A DNA stretch of 64,000 bases. Origin: Limnohabitans sp. GTDB lineage: Bacteria > Pseudomonadota > Gammaproteobacteria > Burkholderiales > Burkholderiaceae_C. A model generated the notes under the pieces. The model saw only the letters and a program-made list of their open reading frames with translations, ran no database searches and had not been told where the DNA came from. Location: assembly GCA_040401495.1 (NCBI GenBank), contig JBBAOI010000009.1. The stretch is one strand, 5' to 3'. This document shows, in pieces, positions 10,470 through 24,024 of this stretch (the stretch's first letter is position 1; each line of letters opens with the position of its first letter). The position numbers and the translations under genes are program-made.

Positions 10470-10738
10470 ACATCAGCGCCGATCAATTAGAGCTTGCCTT
10501 AAAAGAAAAACTCAAACCCTTTGCGCTTGATATCATGGATGAAAGTGCCGCCCATGCTGGGCACAGCGGCTCAGACGGCACAGGGCAAGGCACACATTTT
10601 CGGGTTCGCATTGGTTGTGCCGCCTTCTATGGCCTCTCCAGAGTCGCCAAACATCGGCTTGTGTATGATGCGCTGCAAGCATTTATTGCTCAGGGTCTTC
10701 ACGCTCTGGCCATAGAAATTGTTGACCCCACTATTTAA
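10466..10738 (+). CDS. BolA family protein
   Basis: ORF trimmed to MNISADQLE (ATG 10466, ATGA overlap with the yciB stop), about 90 aa. BolA-like pattern ESAAHAGH..GTHFRVRI..F.G.SRV..HRLVYDAL. Confidence 0.8.
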   Translation: MNISADQLELALKEKLKPFALDIMDESAAHAGHSGSDGTGQGTHFRVRIGCAAFYGLSRVAKHRLVYDALQAFIAQGLHALAIEIVDPTI

Positions 10739-10756
10739 TACTTTGAAAGACCCTTC

Positions 10757-11542
10757 ATGAGATTTTCTTTTCTTCCCAGCGTTATCACTGCGGCGGTTTT
10801 AAGCCTGTCGAGTTTGGCTTTGCAGGCACAAAATGTCGCTATCGTGAATGGTAAGGCTGTGCCCAAAACCCGTCTGAACATGTTGGCCGCTCAGGTAGAG
10901 CGCTCTGGCCGAGCCGTCACCCCCGACATGGAGCAGCAGCTGCGCGAAGAAGTCATCATGCGCGAAATTTTTATGCAAGAAGCAGAGAAACAAGGCTTGG
11001 AGACAACAGACGACTACAAAGCCCAAATGGAAATCGCCAAGCAAAGCATTTTGATCCGTGAATTGTTTGCCCAATACCAAAAAGCCAACCCCGTGAGTGA
11101 TGCTGACATCAAAGCCGAATACGACAAATTTGTTGCCAGCAGCGGTGGCAAAGAATACCGCGCTCGCCACATCTTGGTGGAAAAAGAAGAGCAAGCCAAG
11201 GCCATCATCGCTAGCTTGAAAAAAGGCGGAAAGTTTGAAGACATCGCCAAAAAGCAATCCAAAGACCCAGGCTCTGGTGCCAACGGTGGCGACCTCGATT
11301 GGGCCAATCCCAACAGTTTTGTCAAAGAGTTTTCACAAGCTATGGTCACCTTGAAAAAAGGCCAAGTGACTGACACGCCTGTGAAAACCCAGTTTGGTTT
11401 TCACATCATCCGCTTAGACGACACACGAGACACCCCTGTGCCAAAGTTTGATGATGTCAAAGCCCAAATCTCGCAGCAAATGCAACAAGGAAAATTGGCC
11501 GAGTACCAACAAGGCTTGCGAGAGAAAGCCAAGATCGAATAA
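10757..11542 (+). CDS. Periplasmic parvulin-type peptidyl-prolyl cis-trans isomerase
   Basis: 261-aa ORF with signal peptide MRFSFLPSVITAAVLSLSSLALQA. Parvulin domain YRARHILV..GGDLDW..FVKEF..FGFHIIRLDD. Confidence 0.88.
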   Translation: MRFSFLPSVITAAVLSLSSLALQAQNVAIVNGKAVPKTRLNMLAAQVERSGRAVTPDMEQQLREEVIMREIFMQEAEKQGLETTDDYKAQMEIAKQSILIRELFAQYQKANPVSDADIKAEYDKFVASSGGKEYRARHILVEKEEQAKAIIASLKKGGKFEDIAKKQSKDPGSGANGGDLDWANPNSFVKEFSQAMVTLKKGQVTDTPVKTQFGFHIIRLDDTRDTPVPKFDDVKAQISQQMQQGKLAEYQQGLREKAKIE

Positions 11543-11564
11543 AGCTGGTTTCCAAGCCCAAAAG

Positions 11565-11590
11565 AAAAACCCTCTTGCGAGGGTTTTTTT
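11565..11590. terminator. Bidirectional intrinsic terminator
   Basis: Hairpin AAAAACCCTC-TTGC-GAGGGTTTTT (10-bp stem) with an A-run on one side and a T-run on the other. It lies between the convergent PPIase gene (stop 11542) and ORF 11589-12005, whose stop codon abuts the T-run. Confidence 0.75.
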
Positions 11591-12005
11591 ATTTCAGCTT
11601 GTCTTTGAGAATATGAGCCAAGCTAAAGGTTTCGCTGGTCAGCAGTTTGGCGGTTCGTATTTTTTCAAACTCGTTCAATATGCTGGCAGCGTCCGTGTGG
11701 TTGAGTAGCAATAACTTGATCACCGACTCTATTTTCTGTTGAGCCAGCGTGGTTTTAGCCAAGGCTGTATCAGCTAGCGCTGTATTGGCCGCATGGTCCG
11801 CCATACGCTTGGCATGGATTGGGTCTTGCTGATCGTTAGCAACCTCTTGGCTGCTTTTGCCGCCCACCACGGTCAAACCCGTTTCCGAGTGGTGCATGTC
11901 TTGCAGGCCGTGGATCAGTAAATTCAGGTCGAGTTTGAGGTGCTCCGCCAAATCTACCAAGGCGTACAAAGTATCAGCTAATTCTCGGTCTCGGGTAATG
12001 CTCAT
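11589..12005 (-). CDS. Hypothetical protein (138 aa), no family recognised
   Basis: ORF 34 nt downstream of the purL stop on the same strand, with AGGA 11 nt upstream of the ATG. The N-terminus RELADTLYALVDLAEHLKLDL only vaguely resembles the last helix of MazG-type pyrophosphohydrolases. The centre is low-complexity (TALADTALAKTTLAQQ). Confidence 0.55.
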   Translation of the reverse strand: MSITRDRELADTLYALVDLAEHLKLDLNLLIHGLQDMHHSETGLTVVGGKSSQEVANDQQDPIHAKRMADHAANTALADTALAKTTLAQQKIESVIKLLLLNHTDAASILNEFEKIRTAKLLTSETFSLAHILKDKLK

Positions 12006-12039
12006 ATATATATCGATCCTACATTAATTTTGTCAATTA

Positions 12040-15000
12040 TCAATTTAGCCAAACCCGAGCATTTCTCCATAAATGTATCCACGGACTTAATTCTGAAGAG
12101 GATTCAGACAAGCCCTTAGGTGAGTAACTGAATTGCAGCGTCCTGAACACCCGTTCGGGGTGCGGCATCATGGCGGTGAAGCGTCCATCGGCGGTGGTGA
12201 CGGCCGTTAAACCACCCGGGCTTGCGTTGGGGTTCAACGGGTAGGCCTCGGTGGGCTGGCCGTGGTTGTCCACAAAACGCATGGCGGCATGCACCTGTTG
12301 GGCATTGCCGCGTTTTGAAAAATTGGCAAAACCCTCACCATGTGCCACGGCAATGGGTGCTCTCAATCCCGCCATGCCTTTGAAAAACAAGCTGGGCGAC
12401 TCCAACACCTCCACCATAGACAAGCGGGCTTCAAAACGCTCGCTTTGGTTGTGGGTGAAGCGTGGCCAGTGTTGGGCACCAGGAATGATGTCGGCCAGCT
12501 CGGCGAACATTTGGCAACCATTGCACACGCCTAAGCCAAAGGTGTCGTTGCGTTGAAAAAATGCTTGAAACTGAGCATTCAAGGCTTCGTGGAAAGTGAT
12601 GCTGCGAGCCCATCCCACGCCGGCGCCCAAGGTGTCGCCGTAGCTAAAACCACCGCAAGCCACCAAGCCTTGAAAGTCTTTGAGGTTGGCCCTGCCCTGT
12701 TGCAAATCGGTCATGTGAACGTCGTAGGCCTCAAAACCCGCCTCGGTGAAGGCGTAGGCCATTTCCACATGCGAATTCACGCCCTGCTCGCGCAGCACCG
12801 CCACACGCGGCTTGGCCTTATGAACATAGGGCGCTTGAGAGGTGTTTTTCCACCCTTGGGGCAAATGCACATGCAAGCCAAGGTCTGAGGGGTCACCAGC
12901 GGCGGCGTGCTCGGCGTCGGCACAAGCGGGGTTGTCTCGCTCACGCGCAATCTTCCAGCTGACGCTGTCCCACACCTGTTGCAAGTCTTGCAGCGAGGCA
13001 GAAAAAACCTCTTTGGCGTCACGCCATACGCTGACCACAGGCGTTGCGCTGCTGCGGGTTTTCCCAATGACATGGCTGTGAGCAGACAAGCCGTGTTGAC
13101 GCAAGACTTGCATCACCACGTCGCGCTGCGCCGTGGCTACTTGAATCACCGCACCCAGTTCTTCATTAAAGAGGGCTTGCAAGGTGAGTTCCTCACGACG
13201 TGCGCCGACTTGTTGTGCCCAGTTTTTGCTGTCACCATGGTCGGCACGGCTGTCGCTCAGCCCATCGCCTTCGGTGACCAGCAAATCGATGTTCAGGTCC
13301 ACGCCCACCCGTCCTGCAAAAGCCATTTCACATACTGTCGCCCACAGGCCACCGTCGCTCTTATCGTGGTAGGCCAAAAGCAAACCTTGAAGGCGTAAAT
13401 CGTTGATGGCATTCACCAGATGCAGCAAGTCTTGTGGGTCATCAAGGTCGGGGGTGTCGCCGCCGCCTTGGTTCAAGATTTGCGCCAACATGCTCGCACC
13501 CATGCGCTTTTGACCATGCCCCAAATCGATCAAGACCAAGCTGCTGTCGGTGCCAGTTTGTAACTGCGGCGTGAGGTTGCCACGCACATCGTCCAAGGCA
13601 ACAAACGCCGTGACGATCAAGCTGACAGGTGAAGTCACTTGCTGCTCTTGACCTGCCTCGTTCCAGCGGGTGCGCATGGACAAGCTGTCTTTGCCCACAG
13701 GAATAGAAATACCTAAGGCAGGGCACAGTTCCAGCCCCACAGCCTTGACGGTGTCATACAAGGCGGCGTCCTCGCCCACTTCACCGCAAGCGGCCATCCA
13801 GTTGGCAGACAGCTTGACTTTGTCCATTTGAAAAGGTGCGGCCAATAAATTGGTGATGGCCTCGGCCACCGCCATGCGGCCTGAAGCTGCGGGGTTGAGT
13901 GCGGCAATCGGGGTGCGCTCGCCCATGCTCATGGCCTCACCGGCATAACCCTTGAAATCGGCCAAGGTGATGGCGCAATCGGCCACCGGCACCTGCCAAG
14001 GACCGACCATGGGGTCGCGGTGGCTCAAGCCGCCCACGGTGCGGTCGCCAATGGTGACCAAAAACCGTTTGCTCGCTACCGTCGGATGCGCCAACACCTG
14101 AATGACTGCGTCTTGCAGACGCACATCGTTAAGGTTCAAAGGCGGCGAACTGCGCAAAACACGGACCACATCGCGGTGCATCTTGGGCGGTTTGCCCAAC
14201 AACACCTCTAGGGGCATATCGACGGGAGACGTGCTGGCACCATTCTTCACCAGCAACTGCGGTTTGGCCAAGGCCTTGCCCACCACGGAGAACGGGCAAC
14301 GCTCACGCTCGCAAAAGAATGCAAACTGCGGCAAGGACTCGGGGTCAATCGCCAGCACATAGCGTTCTTGGCTTTCATTGCTCCAAATTTCTCGCGCCGA
14401 CATGCCCGACTCTTCTAAATGCACTTGGCGTAAATCGAACCGCGCCCCGCGACCTGCGTCATTAACCAACTCGGGAAAGGCGTTGGACAAACCGCCCGCC
14501 CCCACATCGTGGATAGCGAGAATGGGCGTCATCGCACCCAAGGCATTGCAATGGTTAATCACCTCTTGGGCACGGCGTTGAATTTCGGGGTTGCCGCGTT
14601 GCACCGAGTCAAAGTCCAAAGCCACGCTGTTGCTGCCGCTGGCCAAGGAACTGGCAGCGCCGCCTCCCATGCCAATGCGCATGCCTGGGCCGCCCAATTG
14701 AATCAGCAAGGTACCAGGAGGAAACTCAATTTTTCGGGTGAGCTCACGTTGCACCACGCCCAAGCCACCCGCAATCATGATGGGCTTGTGGTAACCGCGT
14801 TGCACACCGTCGACCACCTGCTCGTATTCGCGGAAATAGCCCAGTAAATTGGGACGGCCAAATTCGTTGTTGAAAGCTGCGCCACCCAAAGGCCCCTCGG
14901 TCATGATGGCCAAGGCGCTGGCCATGTGGGCAGGTTGGCCCAAGCTACTGCCCCAGAGTTTGGAGACGCTGAAACCCGTCAATCCAGCCTTGGGCTTGGC

Positions 15001-15993
15001 ACCACGCCCTGTTGCGCCCTCGTCGCGGATTTCGCCGCCTGCACCTGTTGCCGCCCCTGGAAAAGGCGAGATGGCGCTGGGGTGGTTGTGGGTTTCGACT
15101 TTCATCAAAATATGTTGCACACCTTGCGACTTGTCGTAGCGTGGCATGTAGCCCGTCAATGGTGCAGCAAATTTCTCTACCGTGTGGCCCTTCATGATGG
15201 CCGCGTTGTCCGAATAGGCCACCACCGTGTGCTGAGGCGAGGTGGCGTGGGTGTGGCGGATCATGCCAAACAGGCTGTGGCTTTGCGCCTGGCCATCGAT
15301 GCTGAAGGTGGCGTTGAAAATTTTGTGGCGACAGTGCTCGCTGTTGGCTTGGGCAAACATCATCAACTCGGCGTCACTGGGGTTGCGCCCCAGTTTGGTA
15401 AAGGCGTCCAGCAAATAGTCAATTTCATCCTCGGCCAAGGCCAAACCCCAATCGGTATTGGCCTGCACCAAGGCAGCGCGTCCTTTGGACCAGATATCCA
15501 CAAAGCTCAAATCTTGGGCAGGCAAAGCCTGAAACAACGCTTGGGCTTCTTGGGCGTTGCGCCACACCGTCTCGGTCATGCGGTCGTGCAGTAGGGCTTG
15601 CAATGCGCTGGTTTGGACTTCGGTCAAAGGCTGAAGTGTTACTAAGCGGTATTCGATCAACCGCTCTATGCGTTGCACCGCCAAGCCGCAGTTACGTGCA
15701 ATGTCGCTGGCTTTGGAGGCCCATGGCGAGACCGTTCCCAAGCGGGGAGAAACCCACCATACCGCCTGATTGCCAGATAAAACCGTGTTGGGCGTTGCTG
15801 TGGCGTTGAGCAAGCGCGCCATGCGCTGCGTATCGGCTTGGGTCAGGGGCTTGGCGGTGGCCACCAAAAACACCTCTAGTGTGTGCAAACCGCTGACAGA
15901 AGGCGCGGTTTGTTGCAAAGTTTGCAGTAAACGCTGGGTTTTGAAGGGGCTAAAGGCTGCGCCGCCTTGGAAAGTGCTGATCTGAACGGTCAC
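12040..15993 (-). CDS. purL: Phosphoribosylformylglycinamidine synthase (large single-chain PurL)
   Basis: The maximal ORF runs to a TTG at 16047. I prefer the GTG at 15993, giving [23 protein letters not shown], which is the usual PurL N-terminus. Motifs include [26 protein letters not shown] and glutaminase GVCNGCQMF, with an HPER-type C-terminus. Confidence 0.93.
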   Translation of the reverse strand: MTVQISTFQGGAAFSPFKTQRLLQTLQQTAPSVSGLHTLEVFLVATAKPLTQADTQRMARLLNATATPNTVLSGNQAVWWVSPRLGTVSPWASKASDIARNCGLAVQRIERLIEYRLVTLQPLTEVQTSALQALLHDRMTETVWRNAQEAQALFQALPAQDLSFVDIWSKGRAALVQANTDWGLALAEDEIDYLLDAFTKLGRNPSDAELMMFAQANSEHCRHKIFNATFSIDGQAQSHSLFGMIRHTHATSPQHTVVAYSDNAAIMKGHTVEKFAAPLTGYMPRYDKSQGVQHILMKVETHNHPSAISPFPGAATGAGGEIRDEGATGRGAKPKAGLTGFSVSKLWGSSLGQPAHMASALAIMTEGPLGGAAFNNEFGRPNLLGYFREYEQVVDGVQRGYHKPIMIAGGLGVVQRELTRKIEFPPGTLLIQLGGPGMRIGMGGGAASSLASGSNSVALDFDSVQRGNPEIQRRAQEVINHCNALGAMTPILAIHDVGAGGLSNAFPELVNDAGRGARFDLRQVHLEESGMSAREIWSNESQERYVLAIDPESLPQFAFFCERERCPFSVVGKALAKPQLLVKNGASTSPVDMPLEVLLGKPPKMHRDVVRVLRSSPPLNLNDVRLQDAVIQVLAHPTVASKRFLVTIGDRTVGGLSHRDPMVGPWQVPVADCAITLADFKGYAGEAMSMGERTPIAALNPAASGRMAVAEAITNLLAAPFQMDKVKLSANWMAACGEVGEDAALYDTVKAVGLELCPALGISIPVGKDSLSMRTRWNEAGQEQQVTSPVSLIVTAFVALDDVRGNLTPQLQTGTDSSLVLIDLGHGQKRMGASMLAQILNQGGGDTPDLDDPQDLLHLVNAINDLRLQGLLLAYHDKSDGGLWATVCEMAFAGRVGVDLNIDLLVTEGDGLSDSRADHGDSKNWAQQVGARREELTLQALFNEELGAVIQVATAQRDVVMQVLRQHGLSAHSHVIGKTRSSATPVVSVWRDAKEVFSASLQDLQQVWDSVSWKIARERDNPACADAEHAAAGDPSDLGLHVHLPQGWKNTSQAPYVHKAKPRVAVLREQGVNSHVEMAYAFTEAGFEAYDVHMTDLQQGRANLKDFQGLVACGGFSYGDTLGAGVGWARSITFHEALNAQFQAFFQRNDTFGLGVCNGCQMFAELADIIPGAQHWPRFTHNQSERFEARLSMVEVLESPSLFFKGMAGLRAPIAVAHGEGFANFSKRGNAQQVHAAMRFVDNHGQPTEAYPLNPNASPGGLTAVTTADGRFTAMMPHPERVFRTLQFSYSPKGLSESSSELSPWIHLWRNARVWLN

Positions 15994-16108
15994 GGGCGAG
16001 CCTGTTAGAGGGGGCGGTGGGGGAAAAATTTTGCGGTTCTGAGCCAAGATTTTACTGGCTCGCTCTCAGGCTTAAGGCCTTGGGTGCAGAGCCTGAGATA
16101 ATTTGGAC

Positions 16109-16921
16109 ATGAGCATCACCATCAAAGACGAACAAGGCATAGCAGGTATGCGCTTAGCGGGGCGTTTAGCCTCGCAAGTCCTGGATTTTTTGACGCCCCA
16201 TGTGCAAGCGGGCATCACCACCAATGCGTTGGACAAATTGGCGTACGACTACATCACCCAAGTACAACTTGCCATTCCAGCCCCTTTGAACTATGCGCCC
16301 AACGGTTACAACCCCTACCCCAAATCGATTTGCACCTCCATCAACCACCAAGTTTGTCATGGCATACCCAACGACAAGGCTTTGAAAAAGGGCGATATCG
16401 TCAACATCGACATCACCGTCATCAAAAACGGCTGGCATGGCGACACCAGCCGCATGTTTGTGGTGGGCGAGGGCTCCATCGCCGCCAAACGCCTGTGCGC
16501 CATGACCTACGAGGCCATGTGGCATGGCATCCTCAAGGTCAAGCCGGGAGCGCGTCTTGGAGATATTGGCCACGCCATTCAACTGTTTGCAGAGGGTTTG
16601 GGCTTTTCCATCGTTCGCGAGTTTTGCGGCCACGGCATCGGTCAGGTGTTCCACGAAGAGCCACAGGTGCTGCACTACGGCAAGCCTGGCACTTTAGAGG
16701 AACTTCGCCCTGGCATGACCTTCACCATCGAACCCATGGTCAACGCGGGTAAAAAAGACATCCGCGAAACTGGCGATGGTTGGACCATCGTGACCCGCGA
16801 CCATTCTTTGTCAGCCCAATGGGAGCACACCGTGTTGGTCACGCCTACGGGCTATGAGGTACTGACCCTGTCCGAGGGCAGTCCGCCCTTGCCCTCGTTT
16901 GTCACTGCCACTTCCTGCTAA
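16109..16921 (+). CDS. map: Type I methionine aminopeptidase
   Basis: The track ORF starts at TTG 16103; the ATG at 16109 gives MSITIKDEQGIAGMRLAGRLA. Metal-site contexts are GDIVNIDITV, WHGDTS, FCGHGIG, FTIEPM and QWEHTVLVT. Confidence 0.93.
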   Translation: MSITIKDEQGIAGMRLAGRLASQVLDFLTPHVQAGITTNALDKLAYDYITQVQLAIPAPLNYAPNGYNPYPKSICTSINHQVCHGIPNDKALKKGDIVNIDITVIKNGWHGDTSRMFVVGEGSIAAKRLCAMTYEAMWHGILKVKPGARLGDIGHAIQLFAEGLGFSIVREFCGHGIGQVFHEEPQVLHYGKPGTLEELRPGMTFTIEPMVNAGKKDIRETGDGWTIVTRDHSLSAQWEHTVLVTPTGYEVLTLSEGSPPLPSFVTATSC

Positions 16922-16927
16922 ACCTCG

Positions 16928-19543
16928 GTGAGCCAGCCCTCGCCCGATTTCAAACAACGCAAGAAAGCCTTGTTATTGGCTTGCGCCAATGCGCAAAGCC
17001 TGCCCCGCGTGTCGCAGGTACGAAAACACTTGCGTCTACTCAGTCTGTTGTGCGATGACAGCTTATTGAATTTGTGGCGACTGGCTGACATGCCAGAACA
17101 AGCCTGCTTGGTGGCGGTAGGTGGGTATGGACGACAAGCCTTGTTCCCTTATTCGGATGTGGATGTGCTGGTGCTGCTGCCCGATGACCTGTCTGCGCAT
17201 GACAACCCTGATTTGCAAACTGCCATTGAGCGCTTCATTGGCAGTTGCTGGGATGCAGGGCTGGAAATTGGATCCAGCGTTCGCACCCTTCAAGAGTGCA
17301 TTGTGGAAGCCGCCAGCGACATCACCGTTCAAACCTCCATGTTGGAGGCAAGACGCATAGGCGGCGACGCGGCACTGTTTGAGGCCTTCAGCCAAGGCTT
17401 TCACAAACAGCTAGAACCGCGTGCTTTTTTCACTGGCAAAACCTTGGAAATGCAGCAACGCCATACCAAGTTTGCCAACACGCCCTACTCGCTCGAGCCC
17501 AATTGCAAAGAGTCCCCTGGTGGTTTGCGTGACCTGCAAATGCTACTTTGGCTGGCGAAAGCCAGTGGGTTGGGGGAATCGTGGAATGACTTGGCCGAAC
17601 ACCAAATGGTCACGCCCTTGGAACGGCAACAGTTACAGCGCAACGAAGACTTGCTGTCCCTGATTCGATGGCGACTGCACTACATCGCCCAGCGGCGAGA
17701 AGACCGCTTGGTCTTCGATTTGCAAACCTCGGTGTCGCAAGACCTGGGTCTGGCGCCGCCTGAGGGCGAACAGCGCCACGCACGCCGCGCCAGCGAAGCG
17801 TTGATGAAGCATTACTACTGGGCCGCCAAAGCGGTCACACAGTTGAACCAAATCGTGCATCTGAACATGCAAGAGTGGTTGTTTCAAGAAGCCACAGCGC
17901 ATCCGCCCTTGCCTTTGAACGAATTTTTCGTGGATAAATCGGGCATGCTCGATGTGGTCGATGACGGCGTTTACCAACGCCACCCTGAGACTATCTTGCA
18001 AACCTTTTTGCTTTACCAAGAAACGGTAGGTATCAAAGGTTTTTCAGCGCGAACACTAAGAGCCCTCTACAACGCCCGTGGCTTGATGGATGCGGCCTTT
18101 CGCCGCGATCCCGCTAACCGTGCAATGTTCATGCGTATCCTGAAAGCCCCGCAAGGCATTACCCACGCCATGCGTTTGATGAACCAGACTTCGGTCTTAG
18201 GGCGTTACTTATGGGTGTTTCGGCGCATCGTCGGGCAAATGCAGCACGACCTGTTTCACGTCTACACCGTGGACCAACACATCTTGATGGTGCTGCGCAA
18301 TCTGCGGCGTTTCTTCATTGTTGAACATGCCCACGAATACCCGTTTTGCTCTCAGTTAGCAGCGGGTTGGGAGCAGCCTTGGATTTTGTTTGTGGCTGCG
18401 CTGTTTCACGACATTGCCAAAGGACGCGGCGGCGATCACTCCGACTTGGGCGAGAAAGAGGCGCGTCTTTTTTGCCGCCAGCATGGTGTGTCCAAAGACG
18501 ACGCCCAGTTGATTGCGTTTTTGGTACGCGAACACCTGACCATGAGCCGTGTGGCGCAAAAAGAGGACTTGAGCGACCCCGAGGTTATCCATGCGTTTGC
18601 CAAGCGTGTGGGCAATGAACGCTATCTAAGAGCACTGTATTTGCTGACGGTGGCAGACATTCGTGGTACCAGCCCCAAGGTGTGGAATGCATGGAAGGGC
18701 AAATTGCTGGAAGACCTTTACCGAGCCAGCGCAGCGGTATTGGGCGGTCAGACCCATGACCCCGATGCGGTGGTCGAGACTCGCAAGCGCCAAGCCTTGG
18801 AGACGCTAAACCTTTACGCCATGCCTTTTGAGTCGCACAAAGATTTATGGGCGACCTTGGATGTGGGCTATTTCATGCGCCACGATGCCGCCGATATCGC
18901 CTGGCATACCCGACAACTCTCGCGCCCTTTGTCGCTTGCCAAAGCAGCCGCTACAGCACCTGGCGTTAGCGTCAAAGCCCGTCTATCGCCTTTGGGTGAG
19001 GGCTTACAGGTGATGGTTTACACGCCAGACCAAACCGATTTGTTCGCCCGCATTTGCGGCTATTTCGACCAAGCTGGTTTTAGCATCTTGGACGCTAAGG
19101 TTCATACCGCTAGAAATGGTTATGCTCTTGATACCTTTCAGATCGTCACAGAGATGCTCGACATCCATTACCGTGAGTTAACTGTGATGGTGGAAAACGA
19201 CTTGAAGCACGCCATCGAGAGTGCAGCGCCATTGCCTAAGGCTTCGCGTGGGCGGGTGTCTAGGCGGGTGAAAAGCTTCCCTGTGGCCCCGCGTGTGAGT
19301 TTGCAACCCGATGAAAAAGCCCAACGCTGGCTACTGTCTATTTCGGCCAGCGACCGGGTGGGTTTGCTGTATGGCGTGGCGCAAGTTTTGGCGCATCACC
19401 ATATCAATGTTTTATTGGCCAAGGTCACGACCTTGGGTGAGCGTGTGGAAGACACGTTTTTGATCGACGGCGCGGCCTTGCAGCACAACCGCCAGCAACT
19501 CGATTTAGAGACCGAGTTGCTTGGTGTCATCGGGCCTAATTAG
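16928..19543 (+). CDS. glnD: Bifunctional [protein-PII] uridylyltransferase / uridylyl-removing enzyme
   Basis: 871-aa ORF with a GTG start. It has nucleotidyltransferase motif [24 protein letters not shown] domain [13 protein letters not shown] and two ACT-like C-terminal repeats. The map-glnD order is typical. Confidence 0.93.
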   Translation: MSQPSPDFKQRKKALLLACANAQSLPRVSQVRKHLRLLSLLCDDSLLNLWRLADMPEQACLVAVGGYGRQALFPYSDVDVLVLLPDDLSAHDNPDLQTAIERFIGSCWDAGLEIGSSVRTLQECIVEAASDITVQTSMLEARRIGGDAALFEAFSQGFHKQLEPRAFFTGKTLEMQQRHTKFANTPYSLEPNCKESPGGLRDLQMLLWLAKASGLGESWNDLAEHQMVTPLERQQLQRNEDLLSLIRWRLHYIAQRREDRLVFDLQTSVSQDLGLAPPEGEQRHARRASEALMKHYYWAAKAVTQLNQIVHLNMQEWLFQEATAHPPLPLNEFFVDKSGMLDVVDDGVYQRHPETILQTFLLYQETVGIKGFSARTLRALYNARGLMDAAFRRDPANRAMFMRILKAPQGITHAMRLMNQTSVLGRYLWVFRRIVGQMQHDLFHVYTVDQHILMVLRNLRRFFIVEHAHEYPFCSQLAAGWEQPWILFVAALFHDIAKGRGGDHSDLGEKEARLFCRQHGVSKDDAQLIAFLVREHLTMSRVAQKEDLSDPEVIHAFAKRVGNERYLRALYLLTVADIRGTSPKVWNAWKGKLLEDLYRASAAVLGGQTHDPDAVVETRKRQALETLNLYAMPFESHKDLWATLDVGYFMRHDAADIAWHTRQLSRPLSLAKAAATAPGVSVKARLSPLGEGLQVMVYTPDQTDLFARICGYFDQAGFSILDAKVHTARNGYALDTFQIVTEMLDIHYRELTVMVENDLKHAIESAAPLPKASRGRVSRRVKSFPVAPRVSLQPDEKAQRWLLSISASDRVGLLYGVAQVLAHHHINVLLAKVTTLGERVEDTFLIDGAALQHNRQQLDLETELLGVIGPN

Positions 19544-19565
19544 GCGTCATTGTTCCTTTAGTCGT

Positions 19566-19720
19566 CCTTGCGAGCGAAACGAAGCGAAGAAATCTGCAAA
19601 ATCCATTCAAAGGTTCGCGCCGCAGGCTCGGCCTCGCCTCCATGCTTGCACAACGTCGGCTACGGCCGACCTGCAACGCGAACCTTTGCGAAAGCGATTA
19701 TTGTTTGCTTCGCTACGCTC
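19566..19720 (+). repeat. REP/MITE-like structured repeat, copy A
   Basis: Left arm at 19566-19597. The 54-nt core at 19621-19674 contains the perfect hairpin GTCGGC-TACG-GCCGAC (19655-19670). Outer arms gagcg/agcgaag (19572-19589) are complementary to cttcgct/cgctc (19708-19720). The core recurs inverted at 19854-19907. Confidence 0.75.
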
Positions 19721-19845
19721 TCAATGAAGGTTTCCCTAGATGACCGCATTTACACAGCTCTTTAGACTGACGAAACTGGCTTTGGCGTTAGCAAAGACGC
19801 GACACAGGACAACGAAGTATCTTGAACATAGCAAGCTTCTCAAGG

Positions 19846-19949
19846 CGCGGGTCGCAGGTCGGCCGTAGCCGACGTTGTGCAAGCATGGAGGCGAGGCCGA
19901 ACCTGCGATTTGCGACTGAAAAGGAGATTGCTTCGCTTCTTTCGCAATG
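19846..19949 (-). repeat. REP/MITE-like structured repeat, copy B (inverted relative to copy A)
   Basis: The reverse complement of 19854-19900 is identical to 19628-19674 (47 nt). Identity extends to 54 nt with one mismatch. The second shared arm is at 19923-19949 (reverse complement cattgcgaaagaagcgaagcaatctcc). Confidence 0.75.
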
Positions 19950-19973
19950 ACGGCGTAAAGCGATGACAGCTTG

Positions 19974-24020
<4,047 letters not shown>

Positions 24021-24024
<4 letters not shown>

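Noticed and set aside
12006-12039. TTGACA followed 17 nt later by ATATAT immediately upstream of the 138-aa ORF: a possible own promoter or leaderless mRNA
   Set aside because: The -10-like hexamer ends only 2 nt before the ATG. A transcript from it would start inside the ORF, not at the ATG. The AT-rich run may be coincidental, and co-transcription with purL is simpler.
19566-19949. Possibility that the inverted repeat region encodes a known structured RNA (6S RNA, tmRNA or RNase P RNA)
   Set aside because: A hairpin formed by the two copies would span about 380 nt with a ~170-nt unpaired centre, which is too large for 6S RNA. I see no tRNA-like end, resume codon/tag ORF or RNase P conserved helices. 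Two independent repeat units explain the sequence better.
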